Shown: positions 50,595-62,485 of the stretch, piece by piece | Numbering within the stretch: the first letter of the stretch is position 1 | Layout: the number at the start of each line of letters is the position of its first letter | From: Macrostomum lignano | Taxonomy: Eukaryota | DNA length: 64,000 nucleotides | NCBI GenBank assembly: GCA_002269645.1 | Contig: NIVC01000151.1 | Coordinates: forward strand, 124,001 to 188,000 | Direction of reading: 5' to 3' | The notes under the pieces: generated by a model | What the model saw: the letters and a program-made list of their open reading frames with translations, nothing else | What the model was told of the DNA's origin: nothing | Databases searched by the model: none | Program-made: the position numbers and the translations under genes

Positions 50595-53114
50595 CTGGCA
50601 AATTGAGCGGGATGAAGCGGCAGCTGTCTTAGTGCTCTGGGCAGCTTGTGATGGAGATTAGCCGGCTGGGTGCTCAGGGTTAGAATGTTAGAAACAATAC
50701 CACTTCAGCAATTTGAAAGGGTTCGTGCTATTGAAAACTGCTGTAACTAAGATTAGGTGGTACCGCGGTTTCGTCATCATAACCAGGAGGCTGTGCTCTT
50801 TGATACACCTGTGCCCCATCATCGGAAACCCTCGCCAGGGAATTGCGGCAACAATAAGCGGCCCTCTGACGCAACGGGAAGTCGTGGAAAATACTTTTCG
50901 AATGCAGAAAACGATAGGAAATATTAAGGCAGAGGCAGTGGGGGGAGGGGTCGCCGGCCCCCTGCTGGGTCTCGAGACCGCTCGGAGGAAATTTCATTAA
51001 CTTCTGTCCCACTCCGCCAGCAGGAGGCGGGGGCAGCATCCCCTCCCGACACCCCCTGCCGCCCCATTCCGAGCCTCCTGGGGACAATTTTTAATAGCCG
51101 GAGATTCAGCGGGCGGCCGCCTCATGAATTATTGATTGCCGCCCGGCTGCCCCGCCCCGCAGAAGCAGCTGCGGCCAAGACTGAACTCACTCGGCCGGCC
51201 GGCCGCAGCGTCTCAGCAGAGAAGACGGTCAGTTGTTGCTGCACCGAATTACTCAGCTACTCTTTTTCTTCTTTTTAAAAAAATCTATTTTTTGAAATTC
51301 TTTTCGAATCGGCGATCGGCGATCCAGCGGCGGCGGCTTCGGTGCCTCCGTCGCTGCCAGCCGCCGAATTTCTGCGCCCGAGCCCGGCGGGGGGTCGTAA
51401 AAATTTTATTTTTGCGTCTCTCCCGGCGCCTGCGCGCTGAGAGGCCGGGCAATGGGAGAAGAGAGTGCAAAAAACAAACGGGCTCTGGGCCTCGATGCTG
51501 GGCGGAATCTGGGGGCGGATGGGTGGGGGGGCGCTGAGTCTGGCGATGCTCAGCTGCCAAACTGGATGGCGGCCCGCGGGACTCATAAGGATATCACAGG
51601 CGGCTGCACTGGATATGGCCCGAGCCTGATGGGCTGCGTGCGGAGTCGTGGGAAAGAAGGAGAGAACTCGATGGGGAGAGACTTGCATTGGGGTTACCTC
51701 GGGGATCTCATGGAGAGAGTACTACAGAATGAGGTATCTCAGGGAGAGGATTGACTGGGGAAGAGGGTATCTCAAGGAGAGGGTACTTCAGGGAGAGGGT
51801 TACCTGGGTGAGGGATACCTCGTGAAGAAGGTACCTTTGTGCGTGATTATCTGGCGACGAGACCTCCATGACCTTATGTGAGGCCAGGGCTGTTTTTTAG
51901 GAGTTTTTTAAGACGGAGCCTCACGAGCGCCTGAGTCATAACAGCCTCACCGGGAGGAGGTGCGGGCTGAGTGGGAGCTACCAGAAGCGATAATTACAGC
52001 TGGGGTCTTCAATTTGCGCCGGCCATCTCGGCCAGCTCGGACACTGCCGGACAGGAGAGGCCATAAAGCGCGCAGCTCGGACAGGGAAATGATGATTGAG
52101 AAAGGCGAAGGTGATTAGCATCAGATGAAGCTAGGGGCAGCTGGCCAGCAGGCAGGTGACCGTCATTAGCTCCGAGAGTCGAGGACTCAAGTCGCCTTGG
52201 AGCAGGGAGGAGCTGCGAGGGCCGGAAGCAGCTGCGATCGCAAGGAAATGGCGAGTCCCAGACAGCCCGGGGGACTCCGCGCTAAAAGCAAGCCAATTAC
52301 TTGAGCGCAATAAAATCCCAGCCGAAATGGGGATACAAATTCAGGAGAGCTCGGGATTCTCCCTCCTCCTTTTCTCGTCTTTTTTCTGTCTCCATTTTCC
52401 GTCTTTTGCCGCCACCCCCGCCCGCCCCAGAGTCTGGCCTTCAGCTCGCGGGACTTTACGACACCCGCGGTTTATGGCTGAGCCGCCCCCAGCCCGGGGA
52501 GAAGGCAGATTCTCGCAGCTCGAGAACTCGACACGATGAATGGCCCGCTGCGCCATGGAGCTCCAGTCCCAAACATCTGGAGCGGAAGCAGCCGATCCAG
52601 CAGCCCGTTGGTTTCGGCTCGGCATGAGGCTACGCAGCTGAAAACTCGCAGCTACGTGCCTTATCGCTGCTGCTCAGAGCTGGCTAATGCGACTCGGCGC
52701 ATGCCAAGTTAAATATTGAGACAGGGTGGGGCGACCGCTGATAGTCTGCGGCCCGGCCTGTTGATGGAGAAGCGGCACAAGTCAGGCAAGCAGAGAGCTT
52801 AAGTTGGGCCCAGAGCCAATTAGAGAGGCACATGGAAATTCGATTGCACAGCACTGACAAGCTGACGACGAAACGAGAGACGGGTCACTTCACTTCACAG
52901 ATCGGCTCTCCAATTAGGAAATAGTAATTAGCCAAAAATTATCCAAGGTAAAATCCCCGGAGTTGAGCGCTGGTTAATTTAGTTACTTTGCTAATGGCTT
53001 TGTTAGGCTGCCGTGTGAGAGCTGTGCTTGAGAAATGAACTGCATTGCTAGATGGTTAGAGGGGCTGATTGCACAGCAACTACTGCTCCCTGGTTATCAA
53101 GAGCTTTGACTGAC

Positions 53115-53312
53115 TAGCTGCTGTTGCAAATACTGCTGCTGCTGCTGCTGCTGCTGCTGCATCAGCGCCGCGTGCAGCTGAAAGCTGGGCCCGAGGGCCG
53201 GCAGCCCGGATGACCCCAGATGGTCGAGCTGCTCGACTTGCAGCTTTCGCTTCTTCGTCCCGGTGGGCGATGCCGCCTGCGTTTGATTTGCGAGTGCGCT
53301 TGCAGGTGAAAG
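53115..53312 (-). CDS. mbl: Upstream exon of the Muscleblind-like gene (LSPASALANQ...TKKRKL...poly-Gln)
   Basis: ctccccag acceptor, gtcagt donor, 198 nt, phase 0-0; splices in frame to 50594. Confidence 0.55.
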
Positions 53313-53382
53313 CTGGGGAGACATTCATGGGGACAGTGCAGCAGCCGTGATGGAGCCTACTGATCTGGGAATGGCTGATCTG

Positions 53383-53683
53383 GGAGTGTTGAGGCGTGAG
53401 TTTGGGTGTGTTGAGGCGTGAGGTGGGTGTGTTGGTGAGGTGGTTGTGTTGAGGCGTGAGGTGGGTGTGTTGGTGAGGTGGTTGTGTTGAGGCGTGAGGT
53501 GGGTGTGTTGGTGAGGTGGTTGTGTTGAGGCGTGAGGTGGTTGTGTTGAGGCGTGAGGTGGTTGTGTTGAGGCGCGAGGTGGTTGTGTTGAGGCGTGAGG
53601 TGGTTGTGTTGAGGCGTGAGGTGGTTGTGTTGAGGCGCGAGGTGGTTGTGTTGAGGCGTGAGGTGGTTGTGTTGAGGCGTGAG
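53383..53683. repeat. 21-bp minisatellite GTGGTTGTGTTGAGGCGTGAG (left of retrotransposon)
   Basis: Tandem units up to the element junction. Confidence 0.95.
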
Positions 53684-54157
53684 CCGGGGCTGTTGCCCCC
53701 AGGACCCCGGGTCCTGCACGTAATGGCGTGGTGAACTATCTGTGCAGTATGAGACTGGTATGGCCTTTATCCCAGCCAGCGATGCTCACACCTGCCTCCC
53801 CTGGCGGGCTGATAGCTCAAGAGACTCTGTCTCCTGATTTTCACCTTGCAAGGCGCACTTCGAAGGGTACTCGTCCCGTGGGTGTTAAGGCAGGCCCCCT
53901 TGGGCCCTGCCGAGCTGATTCGTTGGCGCCGGGTCCTGGTGTGACCATAAACGCACCCTCTAATGTCCCAGTGTAACTCCGTGCTGATGGACGCTTGGCC
54001 AGGGAGTAGTCTGGTCGCTAACGGTTCCCCTTGCGCTTTTGGGTCCCCCCGCAGGGTGGTATTTTGCTTTTTGGGGCCTGCCGCTTGGTTTGGGGTTGCG
54101 GCCTTGCGGCTCTTTGCCTGTGTTCTGCAGGAAGTCCCACCTTTTTACTTCCAGCCA

Positions 54158-55678
54158 ATGGCTTCTAACCGAAGTAACAAACCGGCTGTGGATGACACAG
54201 TGCCTCCGGCCTCGGCTGGGGCCGTGGACTCCTCGGCCATACCACCTGCTACCATCGGGGACGCCTCGGCGAGACCCGTGGAGCCAACTCTGAGCGGTGC
54301 CTCCGAGAAGACACCTGCTACTCCAGCTGCTAAGAAACGCAGCACCACCTCTGGAGCTGCCCGCCGTCGACTTAACAAGGCGAGGCGGGCCAAGGAGGGC
54401 GGAAGCCAAACCGGTGCCAGGGGCCAACGGCCCGCGGCAGCGGAAGCTTCCCAGTCTGGGGCGGTGGCGGAAGAGGGCCTCGAGCCCACGGAAGCCCCTG
54501 CCCAGGATAGGGAGGCCGATGCAGCCGGGAGGGTGGACAGCCCACCTGAAGAAAGCTCCACTGACCCCCGGGCCTCCTACGCTGATGCGGCAAAGAGGCA
54601 ACCGGCGGTTGTCATCCTGGGAAAGGACGCGCGCCTGTCTCCCGATCAGCTGAAGCAGGTGAGAAGTGCCGTTGATGGCCTCCTGTGGAAGCAAACTCTG
54701 AAGGGCACGCCTCTGAACATTCATTCGAATGCGACGAGGGACTCGTGCCTTCTCATTTGGCCCAGTGATGCTGACTCGGGTCGGCGGCTCCTTGAGCTGC
54801 TGCCCGAGCAGAGCTGGGACCTCAACCTAGCCTTCTGCAGAGAGGACGAGCGCCCCCGGACCAAGAGGCATCGAATCTGGGTCCCGGCCAGGAGCGTTGT
54901 TACCTCTGCTGACGAGCTCCGGAAAGGACTGCTAGCAGTCAACCGGGAGCTTCCCGCCGCGGGCCTAGTGGTGCATGACACCCTTAAGCGCACCGACGGC
55001 ACTGGCTTCACAGCCATCCTGGGGCTGTCGGACGCCTGGATGAGGCGTTATCCACACGGCAGCTTCATCAACGTCGGCCTTTGGAAGCTGCGCATCCGCT
55101 CCTACGAGGCCGACCCTCCCCGTGGCAGTGAGCAGGGCGGGCGGGATGCGGAGGCGGCCGGGGCCGAGGCGCAAGCCTCTGCTCAGACTGCCAAAGCAAA
55201 CCGCCCTGCCCGGCAGCACGGCCGCGCGGGCAAAGCTGAGCGCGCTGCTGAGGGCGGAGGCGACCGACGCCCGGCGCGTAGCACCAAGCGGCGCGGCCTG
55301 TACCAGCGTGCAGCTGAGGCAGTCCGTACCGCCAAAATCTCCCAGCTGAGGCGAGAGGTCGCCGGGACGCCTAGGCGCACCAGTTCGTCCAGGGAGGGTG
55401 GGGACGTCCCAGCTGGGCCCAACCCCTCGGGGCAGGGCCGACTGGAGACGGACCCGCCTGCCCAGGCGGCTGGCTGCTCCAGGGCATTGGGCCAATCTGA
55501 GGCGGAGGACCCCATGGATGGTGGGCAAAGGGCGGCGAACGCTGCCTACTGCCTTCCGGCCAATCGGGGGCCTTTTGCTGAAGAAGAGCCCATGGACACC
55601 GGCGACCCCGACCCGAAGCCGGTGAGCGCCGAGGAGGAGGAGGAACTCCTGGCGGCTGCAACATCCGATCTGCAATGA
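54158..55678 (+). CDS. Retrotransposon ORF1 (gag-like position; Ala/Pro/Arg-rich, no clear CCHC knuckle)
   Basis: Long open frame 53963-55678, first ATG at 54158; its TGA overlaps the ORF2 ATG (ATGATG at 55675-55680). Confidence 0.85.
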   Translation: MASNRSNKPAVDDTVPPASAGAVDSSAIPPATIGDASARPVEPTLSGASEKTPATPAAKKRSTTSGAARRRLNKARRAKEGGSQTGARGQRPAAAEASQSGAVAEEGLEPTEAPAQDREADAAGRVDSPPEESSTDPRASYADAAKRQPAVVILGKDARLSPDQLKQVRSAVDGLLWKQTLKGTPLNIHSNATRDSCLLIWPSDADSGRRLLELLPEQSWDLNLAFCREDERPRTKRHRIWVPARSVVTSADELRKGLLAVNRELPAAGLVVHDTLKRTDGTGFTAILGLSDAWMRRYPHGSFINVGLWKLRIRSYEADPPRGSEQGGRDAEAAGAEAQASAQTAKANRPARQHGRAGKAERAAEGGGDRRPARSTKRRGLYQRAAEAVRTAKISQLRREVAGTPRRTSSSREGGDVPAGPNPSGQGRLETDPPAQAAGCSRALGQSEAEDPMDGGQRAANAAYCLPANRGPFAEEEPMDTGDPDPKPVSAEEEEELLAAATSDLQ

Positions 55679-58600
55679 TGCCAACGACTACCTGGTGTCT
55701 GCAGATCAACACCCAGCACTGCGTGGCGGCGTCGGTCAACCTGATGCGCACGGCAGAGCAACAGCTTCCGGGCCTGGTCTTCGTACAGGAGCCCTGGATG
55801 ACTAAAGGTAAGCCAAATAATGTGCCATCTGGCTACCACTGTTTTTGCATGGCGGGCTCTCAGCCTCGCCCAAGATCTCTGGTCTTTGCTGCAAAAGCTT
55901 TTGAGGCATGGATGAGACCTGATCTCTCGACTGGGGACATCTGTGTTGTTCAAATCAATAACCTCATTCCCAATAAACCTGTGCTGGTAGCTTCTGCCTA
56001 TTTCCCGGGCGATGCCCCAGTTGTCTGCGACGCGTTAGTCAACCTTACTGACTATGCTGCGTCCCATCGGTTCGAGCTGCTCATTGCAGGGGATGTGAAC
56101 GCACACCACCTGCATTGGGGCAGCAAGAACATCAATAGCAGAGGCGAGGAGCTGCTGGCCTATGTCAGCAGCACTAACCTCAACTTCTGTAACGTGGGCA
56201 ATGCACCAACGTTCAATAATGGGCGGTGGGCCGAAGTCATCGACACCACCATCGCCTCACCCGGACTGCTTTCCGCAGTTACGGGCTGGCGAGTGTGGGA
56301 CGAGGACTCGCTCTCGGACCACCGCTTTATCCGCTTTTGCATTGGGCCGACCAAGCAAAAGCCTAAGGTCACTTGGAGTCGGAACGTCAGAAACACCGAT
56401 TGGGCCGCCTTTGGCTCGAAGCTGAGCCGCGGCCTTCGGGATCTTGACCCCCCAGTGACCTCTCTGACTGCCAGGTGGTGGACGATCTCGCCTCCTCCCT
56501 GGGCGGGGCGATCACCACTGCCTTTGAAGCAGCCTGCCCCTAAAGGCCTATAAAGGCAAGAAATCTGCTCCCTGGTGGAACCCAGAGCTCGGGGCCCTTC
56601 GGCGCCGAGCCAGGACCCTCCAAAGGCGAGCGCTCAAAACCAAAGACCCATCTGACAGAGAGGCCTATACCCGTGCGATCCACGAGTTTAAGGGCCAAGT
56701 CAGAAGGGCCAAGACGGCCAAGTGGCGCCAATATTGCGAAGGGCTTGAGGGCTCTCGCCCCGTAGCCCGCGTGGTTAAGGCACTCACTAATGACCGTTTT
56801 TCTAAACTCTCTGTTGTGAAGAGACCTGACGGCTCGGTCACAGAGAGTTCGGAAGAGACTCTAGAGCTCATGCTCAACAGTTTTTTCCCTAAATCTCCGA
56901 CTCAGCAGGGCCCGCCCGACCACACAGTGGGAGGGCAAGGCCTAGCAAAGTCTATGATCACCAAAGACCGCATTATTAGAGCGGCAAGGTCCTTTAACCC
57001 GTTCAAGGCGCCTGGGCCCGACGGCATCTACCCAGCGTTCTTGCACGAGGCGGTGAAAAACCACCGCTTCCTGGACCTGCTCTGTCGTCTCCTTCGAGCT
57101 TGTATGGAGCTGGGCTATGTACCAGTTGCATGGAGAGAGGCCCGGGTGGTCTTTATCCCCAAGCCTGGAAAGAGCGACTACCAATCGGTGAAGGCCTTCA
57201 GGCCTATCAGCCTCACTTCTTTCTGCCTCAAGCTCCTCGAGAGACTGGTGCTTTGGCGCCTACTTTCGGTCGAGCTGAAGCGCTTCCCACTCTCGCAGAA
57301 CCAGCACGCCTTCCGCGCGGGCAGGTCAACCGAGAGTGCTCTCCATGTCATTGTTGACTTCCTGGAGAGGGCCGTTCTTGGCAGCGGCTTTGCCCTCTCG
57401 CTTTTCCTGGACATTGAGGGGGCCTTCGACAACGTCATCTTCGAGGCCTTTTGCAGAGCCCTGGAATCCAGGGCCACGCACCCTCACCTTGTCCGGTGGA
57501 TCATGTTCATGATCCGAAACCGCACTGTTGTGGCCCACCTGAGCGGCAGCTCTCTTTCGGTGCCTGTCCTGAAAGGGGGCCCCCAGGGCGGCGTTCTCAC
57601 CCCCGTTCTCTGGAACATGGTCATGGATGAGTTGCTTTGCAGTGATCTCCACGACCCCATTCTCAAGGTGGGCTATGCCGATGATGTGACCGCGATATGC
57701 GCGGGCCCCTCGGTTGATACCATCAGAGACCTTCTGCAGGGCTTTCTGGGACGAGCGGAGCGTTGGGCAGACCAATGTGGCCTTAGACTCTCAGAGTCGA
57801 AAACCACAGCAGTCATGTTTACCAACAAACTGCTCTGGACCATTAAGCCCCTCACCCTCTATGGAAAGAATATTTCCATGGAGAAGCAGGTCCGCTGCCT
57901 GGGCCTCACTCTGGACCACAGGCTTAACTGGACTCCGCACATTCAAACTAAAGCCAAAAAAGCCCTGGCTGTACTGGCTCAGATCAGGCGCGCCGTGGGC
58001 ACCACCTGGGGGCTCACCCCCAGGAAGCTGTGGTGGATTTACACTGCCATCATCCGCCCCTCGATCAGTTACGCCAGCCTCGTGTGGGCTAGCGGCCTGA
58101 GCGTCAAGAGCAACCTCGACGCTCTCTACAAAATCCAGGGCAGAGCCTGCCGCATGACTATGGGCGCTCCACCCTCTACTCCTTTTGAAGGCATGAATGC
58201 CTTCCTCTGCGCCCCTCCTTTGGATATTTATATCAAAGGAGAGGCGGCGAAGAGCACCCGGCGTCTTCTGGATGCTGGGGTGGCCTTCAAGAAAGTGCGG
58301 GCCTTTAAGAAGCGGTCGCTTATCCCGCACTCTGACCTCTGCCTCAAGGCTCTCGAGGAGTGTGGCGGGCTCAACATCCTCACGGACTCGATCCCAGCCA
58401 CCCTTCTCCTGAGCCAAAGGTATAAGGTCACCATTCAGCCTCGACACGAGGCGAGTGACAGCTGGAGCGACTCTGAAGTCCACTGTTACACTGACGGCTC
58501 TATGAGGCATGGTCTTTCAGGCTTCGGAGCTTGCGTCTTCTTCAAGGGAGAAGTGGTGTGGAGCTACTCCCAGCACACTGGGCTCAACTCCAGTGTTTTT

Positions 58601-59377
58601 CAGAGCGAGGTGCTTGCCATCAGCTCCTGCGCGGCAGAGCTGCGCCGAAGGCAGCTTAGCGGCCGGAAATTTATTTTTCACTCTGACAGCCAAGCAGCCC
58701 TTCGGGCCCTCTGCCGCAGCACCGCCAGCTCCAGGTCCGTCCTGGACTGCAACACCCAGCTCAACGGGCTTGCGCTAGGCAACCAGGTGGAGCTCAGATG
58801 GATCCCGGGCCACGCCGGCTTCCTCGGCAACGAGCGCGCTGACCTGCTGGCCAAGGCTGGCTCCGCCGGCGCGCTATTGGGGCCGGGCCCGGGTGCCCCC
58901 ATCCCCGCCTCGGTGATCAATTCCCGCGTTAAGCGCTGGGCTGACTCCGAGCATCTCCGCAGGTGGCACGACACCCGGAATTGTAGGCAATCCCGTGCTG
59001 CCGTCCCCTGTCCCTCTCCTCTCCTGCGTAGAGCCCTCCTCAGGCTCAACCGCAGAGACCTCAGAGCAGTTAGCATGGCCCTCTCCGGGCATGGCTGCTT
59101 CTCTCGCCACCGCTTCCTTCAGGGCCAAGTACCCGAGGAGCGGTGCCCCTTCTGCCGCTCAGGCAGTGAAAACGCCGAGCATTTTATCTGCCACTGCCCG
59201 GTTTTCACCAGGGCCAGGCTTACTCACCTCGGGCCAAACCCGGTTCTCTCCGACGTTTGCAGGCCCGAGAGCATCCCACTGCTCGCCCGGTACCTCAGGG
59301 ACACCGGACGAGCTGATTTCTTCCCCACCGTCGGTGAGGAGGACCGCGCTGCAGGCGAGACCGACGGGTCCCCCTGA
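55675..59377 (+). CDS. Retrotransposon ORF2: AP endonuclease, reverse transcriptase, RNase H, CCHC; two apparent -1 frameshifts
   Basis: APE motifs VQEPW, GDVNAHH..WGS, SDH; RT motifs FLDIEGAFD, PQGGVLTP, YADD; RNase H motifs YTDGS, SDSQAA, WIPGH..GNERAD; CPFC-x8-H-x4-C. The frame breaks at C-runs 56448-56453 and 56537-56540. Confidence 0.9.
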
Positions 59378-59493
59378 GCGACACCACTTCAACGGAAGTC
59401 GTTGGTCGCCAGGGGCTAGCGGAATGGGCGGTCTCCTCCGCCTCCTCGCTGCATCCGCCGGACGCCCCCTGCAGCTAAGTCAAGTAAGTCAAG

Positions 59494-59735
59494 TTGAGGC
59501 GTGAGGTGGTTGTGTTGAGGCGTGAGGTGGTTGTGTTGAGACGTGAGGTGGTTGTGTTGAGGCGTGAGGTGGTTGTGTTGAGGCGTGAGGTGGTTGTGTT
59601 GAGGCGTGAGGTGGTTTTGTTGAGGCGTGAGGTGGTTGTGTTGAGGCGTGAGGTGGTTTTGTTGAGGCGTGAGGTGGTTGTGTTGAGGCGTGAGGTGGTT
59701 TTGTTGAGGCGTGAGGTGGTTGTGTTGAGGCGTGA
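59494..59735. repeat. Same 21-bp minisatellite (right of retrotransposon)
   Basis: The array resumes immediately after the element tail. Confidence 0.95.
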
Positions 59736-60296
59736 GTTGGGTGTCTTGGGTAATGAAGTTAACGATGAGCTTAAGATGTGATCATGTTATTGAACAATCT
59801 GGTTGCAAATCTTCATCTGGAGGGCTATCAAGCATCCCAGAAGATAATAATATTTAATTTGACTTGCATTAGAAATCTAAGACAGAATTTAACTATTACT
59901 ACCCAGGCGTCAAAGCACTTTTGCATTACTCGCACACAACAATACAGAAGCGATTCACAGGCATCGCTTCCCCCAGAATCTTGAGGACAATAATCCCCTC
60001 CGGCGCGCCAAAGAGGGCGGGAGTGCAGGGGGTTCTTCGGGCGCTGATAAGGCCAAGGCGCTCCTCGTAGCCACTGTTGCTGGGCCGGGGGGGGGGGAAT
60101 TTAGACGTCGAATGCTGCGGCCCCGGCTGACTAATGCGGCAGAGGATTTCGCAGAGACGGGAAGATAAGGCGGGCGGGCGGCGTGCGGGCGGGCGGGCGG
60201 GCAGGGAGGCTCTCATCGGCAACTCGATGAAAGTTTTGGGCGGCGGCGGCGACCGCGGCAGGGCGGGGCGGCTCCGCGGCCGCAGCCATTCATTAA

Positions 60297-60426
60297 TCAG
60301 CGCCGGCCTTGCACGGCGGCGGCCAGACAAAGAAAAATGATGGCGGCTGCGGCTGCGGTAACCAGGCCGCTGGCCGTTGCTGCCCCGCCAGAGATACCAC
60401 TGAGATATGCGGCTGCGGCAGTGCAG
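60297..60426 (-). CDS. Candidate terminal exon with hydrophobic, GPI-signal-like tail (CTAAAAYLSGISGGAATASGLVTAAAAAIIFLCLAAAVQGRR*)
   Basis: Acceptor tctctccctgactcccag ends at 60427; 130 nt in phase 2 ending in TGA. Confidence 0.35.
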
Positions 60427-61185
60427 CTGGGAGTCAGGGAGAGAATCTCACAGCTCCATCACTGCGGCAGTGCAGCTGGGAGTCAGGGAGAGAATCTCAC
60501 AGCTCCATTGCGGCAGTGCAGCTGGGAGTCAGGGAGAGAATCTCACAGCTCCATTGCGGCAGTGCAGCTGGGAGTCAGGTAGAGAATCTCACAGCTCCAT
60601 TGCGGCAGTGCAGCTGGGAGTCAGGGAGAGAATCTCACAGCTCCATCACTGCGGCAGTGCAGCTGGGAGTCAGGGAGAGAATCTCACAGCTCCATCACTG
60701 CGGCAGTGCAGCTGGGAGTCAGGGAGAGAATCTCACAGCTCCATCACTGTGGCAGTTCAGCTGGGAGTCAGGGAGAGAATCTCACAGCTCCATTGCGGCA
60801 ATGCAGCTGGGAGTCAGGGAGAGAATCTCACAGCTCCATTGCGGCAGTGCAGCTGGGAGTCAGGTAGAGAATCTCACAGCTCCATTGCGGCAGTGCAGCT
60901 GGGAGTCAGGGAGAGAATCTCACAGCTCCATCACTGCGGCAGTGCAGCTGGGAGTCAGGGAGAGAATCTCACAGCTCCATCACTGCAGCAGTGCAGCTGG
61001 AAGTCAGGGAGAGAATCTCACAGCTCCATCACTGTGGCAGTGCAGCTGGAAGTCAGGGAGAGAATCTCACAGCTCCATCACTGCGGCAGTGAAGCTGGGA
61101 GTCAGGGAGAGAATCTCACAGCTCCATCACTGCGGCAGTGCAGCTAAGAGTCAGGTAGAGAATCTCGCACAGCTCCATTGCGGCA
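60410..61185. repeat. 46/49-bp minisatellite containing donor-, branch- and acceptor-like motifs on the minus strand
   Basis: Unit GTGAGATTCTCTCCCTGACTCCCAG + CTGCACTGCCGCA(GTG)ATGGAGCT. Confidence 0.93.
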
Positions 61186-61481
61186 CTGGCCAACTAAGTA
61201 GAGAAGCCAGGTGTTTCCAAAGCTTCGCAAAGTTCTTTCAGGCGATACCCCCAGAAACAGGAGCGGCCAATGTCGCAGCGCAGAAGTTTCAACCCAAATT
61301 GGCCCAAAGCATTACGCGCATTAAAAAATTGTTTGCTCGGCTCGAGAGCGCGGAGTTGCCGGGGCCGGGGCCGAATTCCGCAGCTGGCGAGGGCTGCTGC
61401 GCAGAATTCGAAGGCCAAGGGCAGCTGGGCCTGAGCGTTGGTCCCGGGCTAATGGTGCAATTGCTGTTCCCCAGGTGCTTC

Positions 61482-62302
61482 GGGCTGAGTCAGTGAGATG
61501 GGAAGTGATGGCGGAGGCTGAGTCGGTAAAATGGGAAGTGAGAGCGGAGGCTGAGTCGGTAAAATGGGAAGTGAGGGCGGAGGCTGAGTCAGTGAGATGG
61601 GAAGTGAGGGCGGAGGCTGAGTCGGTGAGATGGGAAGTGATGGCGGAGGCTGAGTCGGTGAGATGGGAAGTGAGGGCGGAGGCTGAGTCGGTGAGATGGG
61701 AAGTGAGGGCGGAGGCTGAGTCGGTGAGATGGGAAGTGATGGCGGAGGCTGAGTCGGTAAAATGGGAAGTGAGAGCGGAGGCTGAGTCGGTAAAATGGGA
61801 AGTGAGGGCGGAGGCTGAGTCAGTGAGATGGGAAGTGAGGGCGGAGGCTGAGTCGGTGAGATGGGAAGTGATGGCGGAGGCTGAGTCGGTGAGATGGGAA
61901 GTGAGGGCGGAGGCTGAGTCGGTGAGATGGGAAGTGAGGGCGGAGGCTGAGTCGGTGAGATGGGAAGTGAGGGCGGAGGCTGAGTCGGTAAAATGGGAAG
62001 TGAGGGCGGAGGCTGAGTCGGTGAAATGGGAAGTGATGGCGGAGGCTGAGTCGGTGAAATGGGAAGTGAGGGCGGAGGCTGAGTCGGTGAGATGGGAAGT
62101 GATGGCGGAGGCTGAGTCGGTGAGATGGGAAGTGAGGGCGGAGGCTGAGTCGGTGAGATGGGAAGTGAGGGCGGAGGCTGAGTCGGTAAAATGGGAAGTG
62201 AGGGCGGAGGCTGAGTCGGTGAAATGGGAAGTGATGGCGGAGGCTGAGTCGGTGAAATGGGAAGTGAGGGCGGAGGCTGAGTCGGTGAGATGGGAAGTGA
62301 GA
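61482..62302. repeat. 33-bp minisatellite GCGGAGGCTGAGTCGGTGAGATGGGAAGTGAGG
   Basis: About 25 units. Confidence 0.95.
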
Positions 62303-62485
62303 TAAGGGAGGATTGCAACTGTGGGAGAGGAGTCGCGCAGAGGCGGTGGCAGGCGGTGGAGTGCAGCGTGAACTGCAGGCCAGATGGCCGTCCGGGCTGA
62401 GCAGAGGCTGATAATGGATGGCCCGCAGCGGTAGGCAGGGGAGCCGAACCCGATGCAGCTGCACGGCCTTCCCCAGCAATAAATG

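Larger units (their letters stand above)
53684..59493 (+). mobile_element. Full-length non-LTR retrotransposon, LOA-like (APE-RT-RNase H)
   Basis: About 470-nt 5' UTR, ORF1, ORF2, short 3' UTR and (TAAGTCAAG)2 tail. It interrupts a 21-bp array, and the repeat phase gives a 12-13-bp TSD (G)TTGAGGCGTGAG at 53671/2-53683 and 59493/4-59505. Confidence 0.92.

Noticed and set aside
53684-53900. HDV-like ribozyme at the retrotransposon 5' end
   Set aside because: Some helices (CCGGGG/CCCCGG; GCC-TCCCCT-GGC) are visible, but I could not fit a complete nested double pseudoknot by eye. A descriptor or covariance-model search is needed.
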